Below, in pieces: positions 28,301 to 39,495 of a DNA stretch of 64,000 nucleotides (positions within the stretch are counted from its first letter, which is position 1; each line of letters starts with the position of its first letter). The stretch is from Lama guanicoe (taxonomy: Eukaryota). The DNA lies in NCBI GenBank assembly GCA_013239625.1, contig MU053472.1, positions 372,001 to 436,000 on the forward strand, written 5' to 3'. Made by a program: the position numbers and the translations under genes. The notes beneath the pieces are model-generated. The model had not been told where the DNA came from, did no database searches, and saw only the letters and a list, made by a program, of their open reading frames with translations.

Positions 28301-28609
28301 GATTCTAGAGAGAAATCCAACTGCTTTTTAAAATCTTAACTACAGGTTACTATGCCATGTTCACCTAGTTTGCTTATAAGACCTAGGGTGATGTGTTTGT
28401 ATTGCATGTTCAGTGGGCAATCAGTAGTACTGGGTGATTTTACTTTGATTTGATCCTCTTACTCCTTTAGGATCAGATTCACAGGGCTTTGTTCAACTTC
28501 AAAGTGCTTATTTTCCCTCTTTGATCAACTTCCACCGCAGTTTGCTACTAATGTTCAACTGGGACTCGTCTTCATGGTACTTACTGCTAAAGGAACCCAA
28601 ACGGTCCAT
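1317..28609 (-). CDS. TADA2A: Transcriptional adaptor 2A (ADA2a, ATAC complex); partial multi-exon CDS, exons 2-12, continuing past the window start
   Basis: Manual splicing of 11 exons gives one open frame, MDRLGSFSNDPSDKPPCRGC...SANT...EFELRREIKRLQEYRTAGITNFC, matching mammalian TADA2A as I recall it. All introns are GT-AG with consistent phases. Confidence 0.97.
2893..3003 (-). CDS. TADA2A: TADA2A exon 11 (LMERRYPKEVQDLYETMRRFARIVGPVEHDKFIESHA)
   Basis: 111 nt, gcag|TA...T|gtaggt. Confidence 0.95.
5727..5770 (-). CDS. TADA2A: TADA2A exon 10 (KIIRDHGLINLRKFQ)
   Basis: 44 nt, ctag|A...T|gtaagt. Confidence 0.94.
7145..7208 (-). CDS. TADA2A: TADA2A exon 9 (ALKMAVVDIYHSRLKERQRRK)
   Basis: 64 nt, atag|CT...AA|gtaagt. 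Confidence 0.95.
11719..11882 (-). mobile_element. Short LINE-1 3' end with TSD
   Basis: Matches the 3' end of the L1 copies at 31.5 and 42.5 kb; TSD AAAAGTTC(G/A)GTACTTT at about 11694 and 11883. Confidence 0.8.
13253..13325 (-). CDS. TADA2A: TADA2A exon 8 (EFDNYAEWDLRDIDFVEDDSDILH)
   Basis: 73 nt inside ORF 13170..13352; acag|GAG...G|gtaaca. Confidence 0.96.
14018..14235. mobile_element. hAT-Charlie MITE (MER58A-like) with perfect 8-bp TSD
   Basis: CAGGGATCGGCAAAC...GTCTGCCAACCCTCTG termini; ATATAGTA at 14010-14017 and 14236-14243. Confidence 0.85.
14249..14403 (-). mobile_element. tRNA-derived camelid-type SINE (vic-1-like)
   Basis: Reverse complement has A box (TAGCTCAGTGG), B box (GGGTTCAATCC) and the AAATAAACCTAATTACCTCCCCC tail. 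Confidence 0.85.
14717..14805 (-). CDS. TADA2A: TADA2A exon 7 (SADDPPRPTFDSLLSRDMAGYMPARADFIE)
   Basis: 89 nt, ccag|CT...GAG|gtagga. Confidence 0.95.
16133..16290 (-). CDS. TADA2A: TADA2A exon 6 (QDVANQMCTKTKEECEKHYMKHFINNPLF...TAIPFH)
   Basis: 158 nt inside ORF 16068..16355; ctag|G...T|gtgagt. Confidence 0.96.
18166..18257 (-). CDS. TADA2A: TADA2A exon 5 (TSDFPVLDPSWTAQEEMALLEAVMDCGFGNW; start of SANT domain)
   Basis: 92 nt, ttag|ACC...TG|gtaaga. Confidence 0.95.
18663..18800 (+). mobile_element. tRNA-derived camelid-type SINE (vic-1-like)
   Basis: GGGGGAGGGTATAGCTCAATGGTAG...GGTCCTGGGTTCAACCCCCAGTACCTCC plus A-rich tail. Confidence 0.87.
18830..19195 (+). mobile_element. MaLR LTR fragment (MLT1-like)
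   Basis: GAATTCCTGACCCACAAAACTGTAGGAGATAATAAAATAGTTATTTTAAACCAC...CAGATAACTGAAAC 3' end. Confidence 0.65.
20570..21520 (+). mobile_element. Older LINE-1 3' fragment (L1M class)
   Basis: HCWWECKMVQPLW...LGIYPKELKT...FIAALFLIVKTWKQPRCP followed by an L1M-type 3'UTR. Confidence 0.9.
21777..22384 (+). mobile_element. MaLR solo LTR (MLT1-like)
   Basis: TG...CA ends; GCTGACCTTAAAATAGGGGGATTATT, CTTCTGACCTACAGAACTGTGAG and GAAAACAAATACA motifs. Confidence 0.75.
23112..23171 (-). CDS. TADA2A: TADA2A exon 4 (CFTRGFEYKKHQSDHTYEIM)
   Basis: 60 nt inside ORF 22992..23201; tgcag|TGT...ATG|gtaatg. Confidence 0.95.
24178..24284 (-). CDS. TADA2A: TADA2A exon 3 (ZZ-type zinc finger: NDPSDKPPCRGCSSYLMEPYIKCAECGPPPFFLCLQ)
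   Basis: 107 nt, ctag|AT...CAG|gtaact, phase 1 to 0. Confidence 0.95.
25735..26600. mobile_element. Degraded hAT-Charlie DNA transposon, followed by old L1M sequence to about 27810
   Basis: GGTTTTCAAC...CAGGGATGCTAGATATCCTGCAATGC (MER20/Charlie1-like) and AAAAGTGGCTGATTCTAGGGCTGGGG motifs; family assigned from memory. Confidence 0.5.
27174..27312 (-). mobile_element. tRNA-derived camelid-type SINE with target-site duplication
   Basis: Same SINE core; flanking direct repeat GAACTATTTCAGTT at about 27160 and 27313. Confidence 0.87.
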
Positions 28610-28709
28610 TCCCTAGTTGGCAAAGACTGCAGTTTGATCCTCCTCAATGCAGTGCTCCTTCAGGGAGACCTCAGAACTGGCCAACACGCACAACAAAGCT
28701 TGATGACCC
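28585..28709 (-). CDS. TADA2A: TADA2A exon 2 (5'UTR plus ATG at 28609; MDRLGSFS)
   Basis: Acceptor ttcacag|GGGTC at 28709; ATG GAC CGT TTG GGT TCC TTT AGC A|gtaagt. Confidence 0.93.
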
Positions 28710-29919
28710 CTGTGAACCAACAAAAGTGGCACAGGGATGAGGAAATAATTTAAAGGGACAAGATAAAAAGAAGATAATGCAACACACTCCGCCACATTCT
28801 AGCTTTGTAAGGTAAAGCAAATTATTTTATCTCCGTAAGCTTATTTCCTCCTCTGTAAAATGGGCATGATACAATTGTATCTACCTCTTGAGTTGTGAGG
28901 ATTTAAAACCAAAATCCACATAAATAATGTGGCAGAGTGCCTGGCCCATAGTAAGCCTCTACAAAGGTTACGTATCCCTAATAAACAGTGACTGGTTTCC
29001 TCTGCCCAGCATCACTTCTCTCCTTAGCTATCTTTCCTTTGGGAAATTGATTCTCCCACATTGCACATGGTTTTGGTGGGGGTTGCCAATGGCAATACTC
29101 CATCCCCCATCCCAACAGCAGCTAAAGCAACCAGATCTATTCTGACAGAAATCTGAATCTTGAGATACAAGGACAAAGGTCAGTTGGAGCCCAGTCATTC
29201 ACTAGCCAAAGAATTTGGTCTATGAGCTCTGCCCATTGAGATCCCATTCCCCAAAGGGTGGCCCCTGTTTAGGGTCCCCCTCCATTTATATATCTTTCCA
29301 ATAATACTTCAATATGAATGAACTTCTGTTACTAGAAACTAGGAATCCTATTTGCTACAACATACATTTTGTTCACTAACTTACTCTTTGAACAAAACTT
29401 AATGGGTATGTACAAAGTATCTTCCTGAAGAAATGAATGAACTCCTATTTCACCAACTAAGCCAAGAAAACATTCCTCCTCCTTCTACACTTCCAGAGAC
29501 TTTTATCTATCTCTTTTCTGGCACTTTTCACATTCAACTTTGTGAGGATTACTTCTGAATGCACATTTCCCCCATTTCTAGACTAAATGAAAGCAGGCGC
29601 TACATTGAATACGAACTTGTATGTTTTAAAGTACCAAGCACAATGCAAAGCAGAAAGAACTCAAAAAACACAAATGTAATAAACAAATAAATGTTCTACA
29701 GAAAGGTTAATTCATCTTCAGTTCTCCCACAGTGACTTCCTGATAGTTTTAGCTTGAGGACTAATACATCATTAAGTGTATGCAACACTCAGATATGTCA
29801 ACAAACTTGTCTTTTTTAGGGTGAGCTGGGGTGGTTCTTCCTCTGTTCTAGTCCCAGGAAAATGAGTTTGAAAGAAAGTGAGCTTAGCAAGGAGCATTAT
29901 GCACTCAGCAATAAAATAA

Positions 29920-31670
29920 TGGACAGATATGCCAAGCTCTTGGATTGGAAGGATTAATATTGTTAAAATGACCATACTACACAAAGCAATCTACACATTT
30001 AATGCAATCCCTATCAAATTACCTAGGACATTTTTCACAGAACTAAAACTAATAATTCTAAAATTTATATAGAATCACAAAGGACCCAGAATTGCCAAAG
30101 CAATCCTGAAGAAAAAGAATGAAGCTGGAGGCAGGTAATGCTACAAAGCTACAGTAATCAAAACAGCATGGTATTGGCACAAAAACAGACATATCAATCA
30201 ATGGAACAGAAAAGAGAATCCAGAAATTAACTCACGCGCCTATGGTCAATTAATCTTCCGCAAAGGAGGCAAGAATATACAATGGAGAAAAGACAGTCTC
30301 TCCAACAAGTGGTACTGGAAAAGCATCCGAGCTGCATGTAAATTAATGACATTAGAACACTCCCTCACATCATACACAAAAATAAAATGGCTTAAAGACT
30401 TACACATAAGACAACATAAAACTCCTAGAAGAGAACATAAGCAAAACGTTCTCTGATATAAATTGTAGCAGTGTTCTCCAAGGGCAGTCTACCAAGGCAA
30501 TAGAAATAAAAGCAAAAATAAACAAATGGAATCTAATTAAACTTATAAGCTTTTGTACGGCAAAGGAAACTATAAATAAAACGAAAAGACAACCTATGGA
30601 ATGGGAGAAAATATTCACAAACAATGCAACTGACAAGGGTTTAAAGTCCAGAATATACAAACAGCTCACACAACTCAGTAACAAAAATACAAAAAATCCA
30701 ATCCAAAAATGGGCAGAAGACCTAAACAAGCAATTCTCCAATGAAGACATACAAATGGCCAACAGGCACATGAAAAAAATATTCAATATTGGTAATTATC
30801 AGAGAAATGCAATTCAAAACTACCACAAGGTATCACCTCACACCAGTCAGAATGACCATCATTAAAAAGTCGACAAAGGATAAGTGCTGGAGAAGGTGTG
30901 GAGAAAAGGCAACCCTCCTACGCTGTTGGTGGGAATGCAGTTTAGTGCAGCCATTATGGAAAACAGTGTGGAGATTCCTTAAAAACCTGAAAATAGACTT
31001 ACTCTATGATCCAGCAATCCCACTCCTGGGCATATATCTGGAACAAACTCTAATTTAAAAAGATACAGGCATCCCAATGTTCATAGCAGCACTATTTACA
31101 ATAGCCAAGACATGGAAGCAACCTAAATGTTCATCAAAAGATGACTGGATAAAGAAGTTGCGGTGTATACACACAGTGGACTACTACTCAGCCATAAAAA
31201 GGAAAAATGCCATTTGCAACAACATGGATGGACCTGGAGATTGTCATTCTAAGTGAAGCCAGAACGAGAAAGAAAAATACTATACAATATCACAAAAGAT
31301 ATCGCTCATACGTAGAATCTAAAAAAAAAAAAAAAAAAAAAAGACACAAACTTATTTACAAAACAGAGACAGACTCAAACACAGAAAACAAACTTAAGGT
31401 TACCAAGGGGGAAAGAGGGTAAGGAGAGATAAATTGGATGTTTGGGATTTGTAGATACTAACCTAGATATGAAATGGATAAACAACAACGTCCTACTGTA
31501 TAGCACAGGGAACTATACTCAATACCTTGTTATGGCCTATAATGAAAAAGAATATGAAAAGGAATATTTTTTATTTACATACGTATCAATGAACGACTAT
31601 GCTGTACACCAGAAACACACTGTAAACCAACTGTAGTGCAATAAAAAAAATAAAATATTAAACAAAATAA
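29920..31670 (+). mobile_element. 5'-truncated LINE-1 (end of ORF2, 3'UTR, A tail), frameshifted
   Basis: ORF fragments EWEKIF..., [20 protein letters not shown]...CWRRCGEK...CWWEC...YDPAIPLLGIY and MPFATTWMDLEIVILSE are typical of the L1 ORF2 C-terminus. Confidence 0.95.
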
Positions 31671-32259
31671 AATGGCCAGAACTTAATGAACTTTTCTCAT
31701 ATGCCAGGTACTGTGGTACCACTGTATGTGGATAATCTCCCAATCCTCACAACCTTCTGAGACATGCTACTTTTTCAAGGGGAGAAAGGAAGCTCTGAAA
31801 GATTATGTTACTTGCACAATGTCTTACACGTAGTGAATAGCAGCGCCCCTTCAGCAGAGATTAATAGAGATGATCAAGAAAAGGATGTATCAAGTCTCAA
31901 AAACACTCTACGTCGTAAGCACAATACTGCAATAAGCAGACTCTTCTTTCTTCCTCTTTTCTTCTCTCAACATACATTTCTGACGCTAACATCCACGAAA
32001 GGATGGGTGCTAGCTCCAAATTAACATTTGCCAAATTCAAAGTTACCGGGAAGAAGAGGGAAGGGACCGTCGACAAAGGCATTCAGTGTGGTGCAGAGGA
32101 CAGGGGTAGATTTGGGAGTTCTGCGTTCAAGATTCCAAGCCTCACTACTTTCCTTATTAGCTGTGTGATCTTGGGCAAGTCATTCTACTGGAGACTCAGC
32201 CTCGGCTCTAAAAACTGGGCCTGAAATACCTACACTGGAAGGCGCACTGGAAAACTCAA

Positions 32260-33300
32260 AGGGTAACGTCGGCCAGGTGCAGGGCACACTAGGGCTGTCC
32301 AAATTGGGAATACGCGCTTCATTGCAGAGTCCGTAATATACCGAGGCTGGGACCCAGCACGACCGCCCAGGGGGCGGGACGCCCCAGGCTCCCGAGCGGG
32401 GCGGGGCCCCAGGGAGCAGGCCGGGCCCGCGCCGCCCTCCCCCACCGCGCGGCCCGGCCCGCGCCTCGCGCCAGCTCGCTCCCCTCGCCCTCGACGCCCC
32501 ATGGGCCCGCAGCCCGCCCCTGTCCCCGCCGTACCTCGCGGTCCCGGCCTCCCCCTTGTCCCGCAAGAAGGGCTCAATCCCCGCCGCGCCCTCCCTGCAG
32601 CACCTCGTGCCTCACCTCACCGCGTCCCCCTCCTCCGCGCCGAGGAAACGCCAGCCGTGCGCGCCCCAGGCTTGCGTGCTCGCTCCCGAGCGGCGCAGGC
32701 GCGAGCGCGCCGCGGGCCGCGCGCCCGCCGCCTCCGCCCTGTTCCCGCCCCGCCGCCGGCTGCGCGCCTGCCACCGCCCCTCGCTCGGCCCCTGCCCGGG
32801 CCCTCGCCGGGCGCCCGCCGCCGGCCTCTGGCGGGAGGATGGGGCTGAGCAGCTTGCCCGACTTTTGAGTCGGACCTGTAATCGGTTTTCCCTCTGGGCG
32901 CGTTGCTGGTCACCGCAGGCTTGCCCCTGCCTGGTGCCGTTTGATCCGCTCCAGAGTGCGGTGAGGTGGAGCAGGCCGGTACCGCCCCGCTTTTGTGTGT
33001 TTTTGTTTTTGTTTTTTAACATTCCCATCCCCACCCCTATTGCAGCCTCAGAGGAAATTGAGGCTAAGAGACCGGGCCGAAGGACGGCAAGCAGTGGTCG
33101 CCTCTCGAAGCCGGGTCTTGCAGTGCTGCTCATGGATTAACCAGACTGCCTGAATGGTTTAAGGGTACACAGGGTACGTTTGATTCAGAGGCTTCTGGAA
33201 CGTCGAAATTATCTACTTTGGAAAGAACCAGCCCCTCTTTGGGCGTTAAGGGCCCAGATTGAGGCGCGATGATGAGAGGATGTGGTGGTCCACTCTGATG
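32260..33300. promoter_or_regulatory. CpG island; bidirectional TADA2A/ACACA promoter, presumably containing non-coding TADA2A exon 1
   Basis: Abrupt very GC- and CpG-rich segment with multiple GGGCGG/CCGCCC boxes and an NRF1-like GCGCAGGCGC (about 32693), lying between the two divergent first coding exons. TSSs and the TADA2A exon 1 donor cannot be fixed from sequence; minus-strand candidates GAG|gtacgg near 32534 and GAG|gtgagg near 32616. Confidence 0.9.
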
Positions 33301-33317
33301 TCAATCTTGAGGGCTAG
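33280..33317 (+). CDS. ACACA: Acetyl-CoA carboxylase alpha, coding part of the distal first exon (long-isoform N-terminus MWWSTLMSILRA[R])
   Basis: ATG TGG TGG TCC ACT CTG ATG TCA ATC TTG AGG GCT AG|gtatgt. The peptide matches the N-terminal extension of the long ACACA isoform as I recall it, and head-to-head synteny with TADA2A fits. No further ACACA exon was recognised in the window. Confidence 0.9.
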
Positions 33318-33734
33318 GTATGTCCCAACATCTCTTGTTACTTCTACTAATTATTACAGTAGCTGCCATTTGTCAAGTATTTATTGCATGCGAGCCTTTG
33401 TACAAAGGGAATTGCATACATGGTCTCATTTAATCTTCAAAAACAACCTTATGGGGCAGACACTTATTATTCTTATTATCCCATTTTCCAGATGAAGACC
33501 TTTAGACTCTGCCTTGTGAATAACTTGGGATCATATTCCTAGACCGTCTCTGGGAAGGGTATTCAAACAGTGGTTTATCTTAACCATTATGCTAATACAT
33601 GTATTTAGAAGTCTTTCTTTCATAAATTTGCCCAACCTCTTGTAGAATTCATTTACGCTTTACGCTTATGCGGCCTCTTTATTCATGTTTTACTATGTGA
33701 GTAATACAAGTTCATTCTGGAAAAAAAAAAAAAC

Positions 33735-34300
33735 GGACACTGTTCTAGGTGCTGGGAATTCAGCAGTGAACAAAACCAAGTCTCTGCTTCATGTAATAGT
33801 CAGGGGAGATTGACAATAAGCAATACACATAATATATTATGAAATAATAGTGTTCAGTAATGTGGGAAGTTTTATGGGGAAAAAATCAGAATAAAGGGAT
33901 AAGAGTGATGTGGAGATGCTCTAGCAGATAGGGCAGACAAGGAAGGCATCTTAATCATAAGCAGAAATCTCATCATTAAATGAAGGGGGCTGCTGTGTGG
34001 ACTTCTAGAGGAGAAGAGAAAGGAAAAGATAAATAGCAGTTCAAATGGCCCTGAGATAGGACTTGCTTGGCAGGTCGGAGAAGAAGCAGAGAGATCCGTG
34101 TGGCTGGAGCACAGCAAATCAGAGAAGCAAGTTGGGAAACATTGGCAGAAGCCAGATCCTGTATCTGGTAAGCCATGCTGGACTTTGGGTTTTATCAGAA
34201 TGTGCAAGAATACCATGGAAGGGTTGAGAACAAAGGGATAATCAGATTTGCTTTAAAAGGATCACTCTGATAGTTGTGTGGAGAATAGATGGTAGAAACA
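33735..34300 (-). mobile_element. LINE-2 remnant (similar remnants at about 39830-40900, 42960-43700, 52500-53400, 58060-58600)
   Basis: GGACACTGTTCTAGGTGCTGGG...CAGCAGTGAACAAAAC...TTTAAAAGGATCACTCTG purine-rich L2 motifs. Confidence 0.7.
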
Positions 34301-34500
34301 TTAAATTGCCCTTTAAAGCGGAAATTGTCCTTTTACACAGCAATTGCTCAACAGATAGTTTATGATCATTGATGTTTCCCCTACCCCTTTACACCTTTAC
34401 ACCTTTACACCTTTAATACTGTTCTCACCTTCTCTGCAAACAGAAAATAGGGTCAAATATGTAGGACTTTTCTTCATGTCTTTCTCACCTAAACTGAAAT

Positions 34501-34502
<2 letters not shown>

Positions 34503-34563
<61 letters not shown>

Positions 34564-34640
34564 TGTATTTATGGAGGTACTGGGGATTGAACCCAGGACC
34601 TCATGCATGCTAATCTACCACTGAGCTATCCCTTCCCCCT
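34503..34640 (-). mobile_element. tRNA-derived camelid-type SINE with (TTTA)n tail and TSD
   Basis: SINE core with an internal deletion; TSD CTAAACTGAAATTT at 34489 and 34641; about 15 TTTA units. Confidence 0.87.
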
Positions 34641-35387
34641 CTAAACTGAAATTTTTGGAACTGGCTAGGGCATGTTTCCAGATCTGGATGCCATGATTGT
34701 CAACAACCTGAATATGAGTCATCAATGTTGTACTACTGTGGAAAAACAGTCCCATGTGATACTGGGATCTGTTCATTAAAAATGTAGCATTCAAGCATCT
34801 GGAAACTACCCCTCCTCTTCAGTTGATGTTAGGCCCTCATTAGAATTCTAAGCCCCAATTTAGTCATTGTGCTTAAGAAAGATGTGGTGAAATCAAAATG
34901 CACAGCGAGAGGAAGGATAACAGTAATTCAGGCAGTGCTTTTCTGCGTTTCTTCCTACAGCAATGTAGTGCATAGTAGCATCAGTTATAAGACCAGCTGA
35001 AGAAGTGGAAGGCCAGCTGAAGGAAGACAGATTTGGAGAGGAAGTGAAAAGTTCTGTTTCAGATCTGTGCTTTGCAGTCTGAGTGGAAATGACATGAGTG
35101 AATTTAGAGCTCAGAGGAGAAGCCAGGGCTAAAATTGTACAACTGTATTAGAATTGTTTCTTTGGATGCCTGTCTTCTTTCAACAGAGCTTGAGGACAGA
35201 CACTGTGTTTTTTTCTTTGGAACCTCAGTGCCCAGAAGTCATCCTGGACAAATGTTTGTGAAATGAGCAAGGCAAAGTTATGGATGAAGTCACTCAGGCA
35301 AGAAAGTAAAAGGTAAAAAGAGAGGATGTCCGACAATTTATGCTTTCACAGGAGGTCTAAGGAGTCACTTGAACCTGACTTCCAAGT

Positions 35388-35518
35388 AGGGTGACCATAA
35401 GTCCTGATTTGTTTGAGACAGTCCTGGTGTACTCCTGTTTTCCCTGTATAATTAGTAATATTGTCTCATTTCACTCTCAGCAGTGTCTCTGTTTGTACAC
35501 TAATTGTATGGTCACTCT
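35388..35518. mobile_element. hAT-Blackjack MITE (MER94-like)
   Basis: Terminal inverted repeats AGGGTGACCATA ... TATGGTCACTCT, about 130 bp. Confidence 0.75.
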
Positions 35519-38500
35519 TTGTAGAAGGCCCTTCAGGGTCTAGTGTCTTCCTATTTCTTTGTCATCACTCCCCCATCTTACACTTCATTCTCCCAGATGG
35601 AAGTATCTCCATTTCCCTTTATATTGTCTGCTACTGCCAAGTTTCCTGTGCTAAGGAACCTCCACTTCACTTAGACATCACTTCCTCAGGAACCTCCCCC
35701 CAAAGCCTGGGTTTCGTGGCCCCATTACTTGCTTCCAGCGCACCCTGTATTTAACCTGTCATAGCAGAGGTGACTCAGTGCCATGTTACTCCCCTCACTA
35801 AACACTGTCTGTAAAGGAACCTGAAAAAACAACTTTCATCCTCTTAAGACAGAAATTTACATTGATAGTATCCAAGATCAGTCCATGTTGGACTAAATAT
35901 TTTTGAAGATTGACCTTCAGGGCAGTCTCATAGCACATTCTCCAAGCCCTTCCATTCTTAACTAACTGAGAAGGTTGACTGTTGAACTCAAAACCCAACC
36001 AGGAAAATTGCATCCTACTGTCAGGCTCCGACCATGCTGCCATTGATTGAGTCCAGAATATTCCAAGAGATCCTCTTCAACTGCGTAGCTGCTGTGGTTA
36101 GAATCAGAGGTGCAGTTCCGGGGCCTTCCCCCCATGGAAGTGACAAGCCTGAGCCTCAAGGGTTGCAGCTCTTAGGTCTCAGCTCTGTGAGTCCGCACAC
36201 TCAGGCACTTGCCCAGAAGCCCTGGCTCCACCACGGCCCAGCTCAGGGCTGGTTCCAGCCTCCTCCACCTCTGTTGCTGCCTCTGGTATTCAGGATGATT
36301 GCCCTCCTTTTGCTCCTGTTCCCCCTACCCCTCCACATCTTTCTCCTTTTGTAGCCACCTTAGTCAAAGGAGTTAGGGGATCAGTCCTTTTCCTTCCAGG
36401 AGGTTCCTAGACTGCTTTTTTAACTTGATCAACCTCAATCATGACCAGTCTGCAGAGGAAGGGTTGAAGTACTCCTACTAATCTACTTAAAGAAATGTAA
36501 GGTCTACATGAAGCTGTTTTTCCACACAGAGGCCTGTCTGGGGAGCTTCTGCATAAGTAAGAGGGCCCTGGAGATCTCAAAGGTGAGCAAAAGGGGAAAA
36601 AAATAATTCTGCTAGAAGACCCTGCTGCACCCCATATTACAGATAAAGAAAAATAAGGCTCATAGAGGTAAAACCACTCGCCCAAAGTCATTCAGTTATT
36701 AGCAAGCACAGCCAGAATGAAAATCAGGTCTCCCAGGTATAACTAATAAACTGCCTCTGACTATTCAAAACTGAAGAGTTAGCAGGTACCAGGATTTTCA
36801 TAATACCATGGCCGTTAAGCAGAATCTTCATGAATCCAGCCCTTTGCTACCCATCTCTTCTGCCTCTTCCTTACCTCACTGACTTCTTTTTGATCTCCAC
36901 AAAACACGGGATATCTGTCTCTAGAATCAGCAGGCTTTGGGGAGAACCCAAAAAGGTTAATCAGGAATCTTTATTGCTGAGTGACTCCTGTTTATCAGAA
37001 AAATTTGAAATGCCTACTAGGCAACCTAGCTGCATACCTTTCAGCCTGATGGACAGGGCCTCCACCTGCTGACCTTCGAAATAGGCTCCTAAAGTATTTT
37101 GCATCATTTGATGACAGGCAGTCTGTACTCTTTTGCAACCTACAAATACCTGGTACATGTTTGAAATATGAACTGTAAGAAACCTGGCACCGTTTAATAT
37201 GACTGAAAAAGCATGACTTTGAAGCCTTCCCTGAATTTGAATACCTTCAAGAATTTAGGCAAGTTAGTATCTTTCTGTGACTCTCTTCTCCTCATATGTA
37301 AAATGAAAATAATAATACCTAATTTATAAGAGTTTTATAAGGATGTGATGATGTATGTATAGTACCTAGTTCATGACGGAATCAAATAAATGATAATTGT
37401 AATTTTAATTCTAGAAGTGCTCCCTAGTAAGACCATGGGGCTTGCTTAGAAGTTGTTCTAGGCTGGGTTGGCTAGTGCTCAGCACTAGAATTTTATCATT
37501 ATTCGAATCAAGAACTATCTACTGGAAACCTGTAAGTTTCCAGAAAACCAAGCAATTAAACAAAATTTTCTTTTGCTGCCTGCTTCTTTAGCAACTTCCT
37601 CACTGGGCACAACTAAAGTATACATTATCTTACAGGTCATAGGGCAAATGTGTGGTTGCAATCAAGGATGGATAATCCAGCCTTACCTTAAATGCAGAAC
37701 ATACTCAGGAGTTCTGTCCCATTTAATTAATGTAAATAGTGAACAGACTTATGCATTATGAGCAATTAACTGTAAGGATGTTCTTTAGAGTACAGAGTGA
37801 GTACTGTTGTAATCAAATAAAACTTGCAAGTTTAATCTGATGCATATTTAATGACATATGTAATTGTTATTGTGCTGCATGATAATTAGGCCTTAAATGT
37901 TAAGTTAGTTACATAAATGGCTGTAATTGGTTATTTTTACACAGCCAAACACATTTTTTTGGAGTTTGCTCACTTTATTAATTTTCTAGCATCTATAAAC
38001 ATGCCAAGGACAACAATTTTCTCTGAAACCCTTTACTGTTTCATCATGAGCTCACACACATAAACACACTCTTCAAAATGACACAGCAAGGTTTTCCTCC
38101 CAACTTGGTCCTAAAAATAGCTACTGCTCAAGGCTCTTTGTATATATTTATTCCTTTTAGTCCTTAAAAAACCCTTTCGTCCTTAAAAACCCCTTGTTAC
38201 TTCCATTTTACTGATGCAGTAATTGATTCTCAGAGAGTGTAAGCAGGCAGCATGGTAGAGATTCAAACTTCTATCCCCAACTTCTAAACATGGCTTTATA
38301 CACCCTTAGAAGGTAATGGATCCCAGCAGGATCCTTTTTTGTTGTTGTTGTTGAGGAAATAGAATGGCTCCTAAGGAATACAGAATATGTATAACACCCC
38401 CAAAGAGGGAATGTGTCAGCCTAAAAGAAGGAGAAGATAATAATGGAAGAGTTGGAGCCAGTTGAAGCTGAGTTCAAGGAAGAGAATCTTGGCCAATGAA

Positions 38501-38637
38501 TTTCAAGCACAGTCGCTCCACTATGGGCTGTTATACTGTAGAGATATTGTATCAACCTAATGCCACTGAATATTTGAATTTTAGAACTGACTCCACTTAT
38601 TCTAATTCCTTAAGAAAGAATCATATAGAGGTTAGAC

Positions 38638-39495
38638 TAGTGTTTCTCAACCTTTTTTTAAAAATCATGATTGCCAGCCCTAAAGAGCTTTTTTACATTT
38701 TTTTTTCTTAATTGCTTTCCTGATGAAGTTTTTTTCACTTTTTATAGTCCCAGTTTATTGTATTGTATACCTACCTCCTTTCAAAAACGATCTATACTCC
38801 AATTTCAGTTTCATTTTTTTCCATTTTTCAGTTTTACTAGATAGCATTGTTACAATTTGACTGCACATATACCACATATTGCATGTAAATACATATACAC
38901 AATATACTGCACGTATTTTTAATTTACATATGTATACTGTTCATCGTTTCTAAAAACAGTTTAGAGGTTTAGCTTTTCAAACTTACATAGTTATCAAAGG
39001 AATAAAACCAACCACAAAATAAGAATCAACAGTATGCAGTAATCCAATTATAAAGGGCAGTCAGATGTGCTTATACATATTCAAGAAATCAATCATCTAA
39101 ATTATAAATAATAAGTAGTTCATCTGTGTCCTTTTTTTAAGATTCCACATATAAGTGATATCATATGGCATTTTTCTTTCTCTTTCCAGTTCCCAATGAA
39201 GTGCTTTTTTTTCTTTAATTTTTTTTTTTTTTTGGAAGGGGAGTTAATTAGGTTTACCTATTTATTTATTTTTGGAGGAGGTACTGGGGATTGAACCCAG
39301 GACCTTGTGCATGCTAAGCAAGCACTCTACCACTGAGCTATACCCTGCCCCCCCCAATGAAGTTTTAATACCTTTAATACTAGCTATATACCTGTTTATG
39401 TACTTCATGTATATCTGTACTTTATATATAAAAGGTAAGATTGTTTTTGCCTTTCAAGAATAAGATTTTTTTTCTCCTTCATTGAGTGTGCTTAG
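38638..39495. mobile_element. Old hAT MITE split by two younger retro-insertions
   Basis: TAGTGTTTCTCAACCTTTTTT...TAAAGAGCTTTTTTACATTTT resumes after 39352 as ATGAAGTTTTAATAC...AAGATTG. Confidence 0.55.
39204..39352 (-). mobile_element. tRNA-derived camelid-type SINE
   Basis: SINE core; flanking CCCAATGAAGT repeats. Confidence 0.87.

Noticed and set aside
30400..31636. ORFs resembling a retroelement protein
   Set aside because: Frameshifted fragments of a 5'-truncated L1; not an intact gene.
31842..31860. Second CTCF-like motif (reverse complement CTGCTGAAGGGGCGCTG)
   Set aside because: Several mismatches in the 5' half of the core; too weak to call.
32180..33140. Long overlapping ORFs (115-194 aa) on both strands
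   Set aside because: Expected from stop-codon scarcity in a CpG island; low-complexity Arg/Pro/Gly/Ala content, no recognisable domain.
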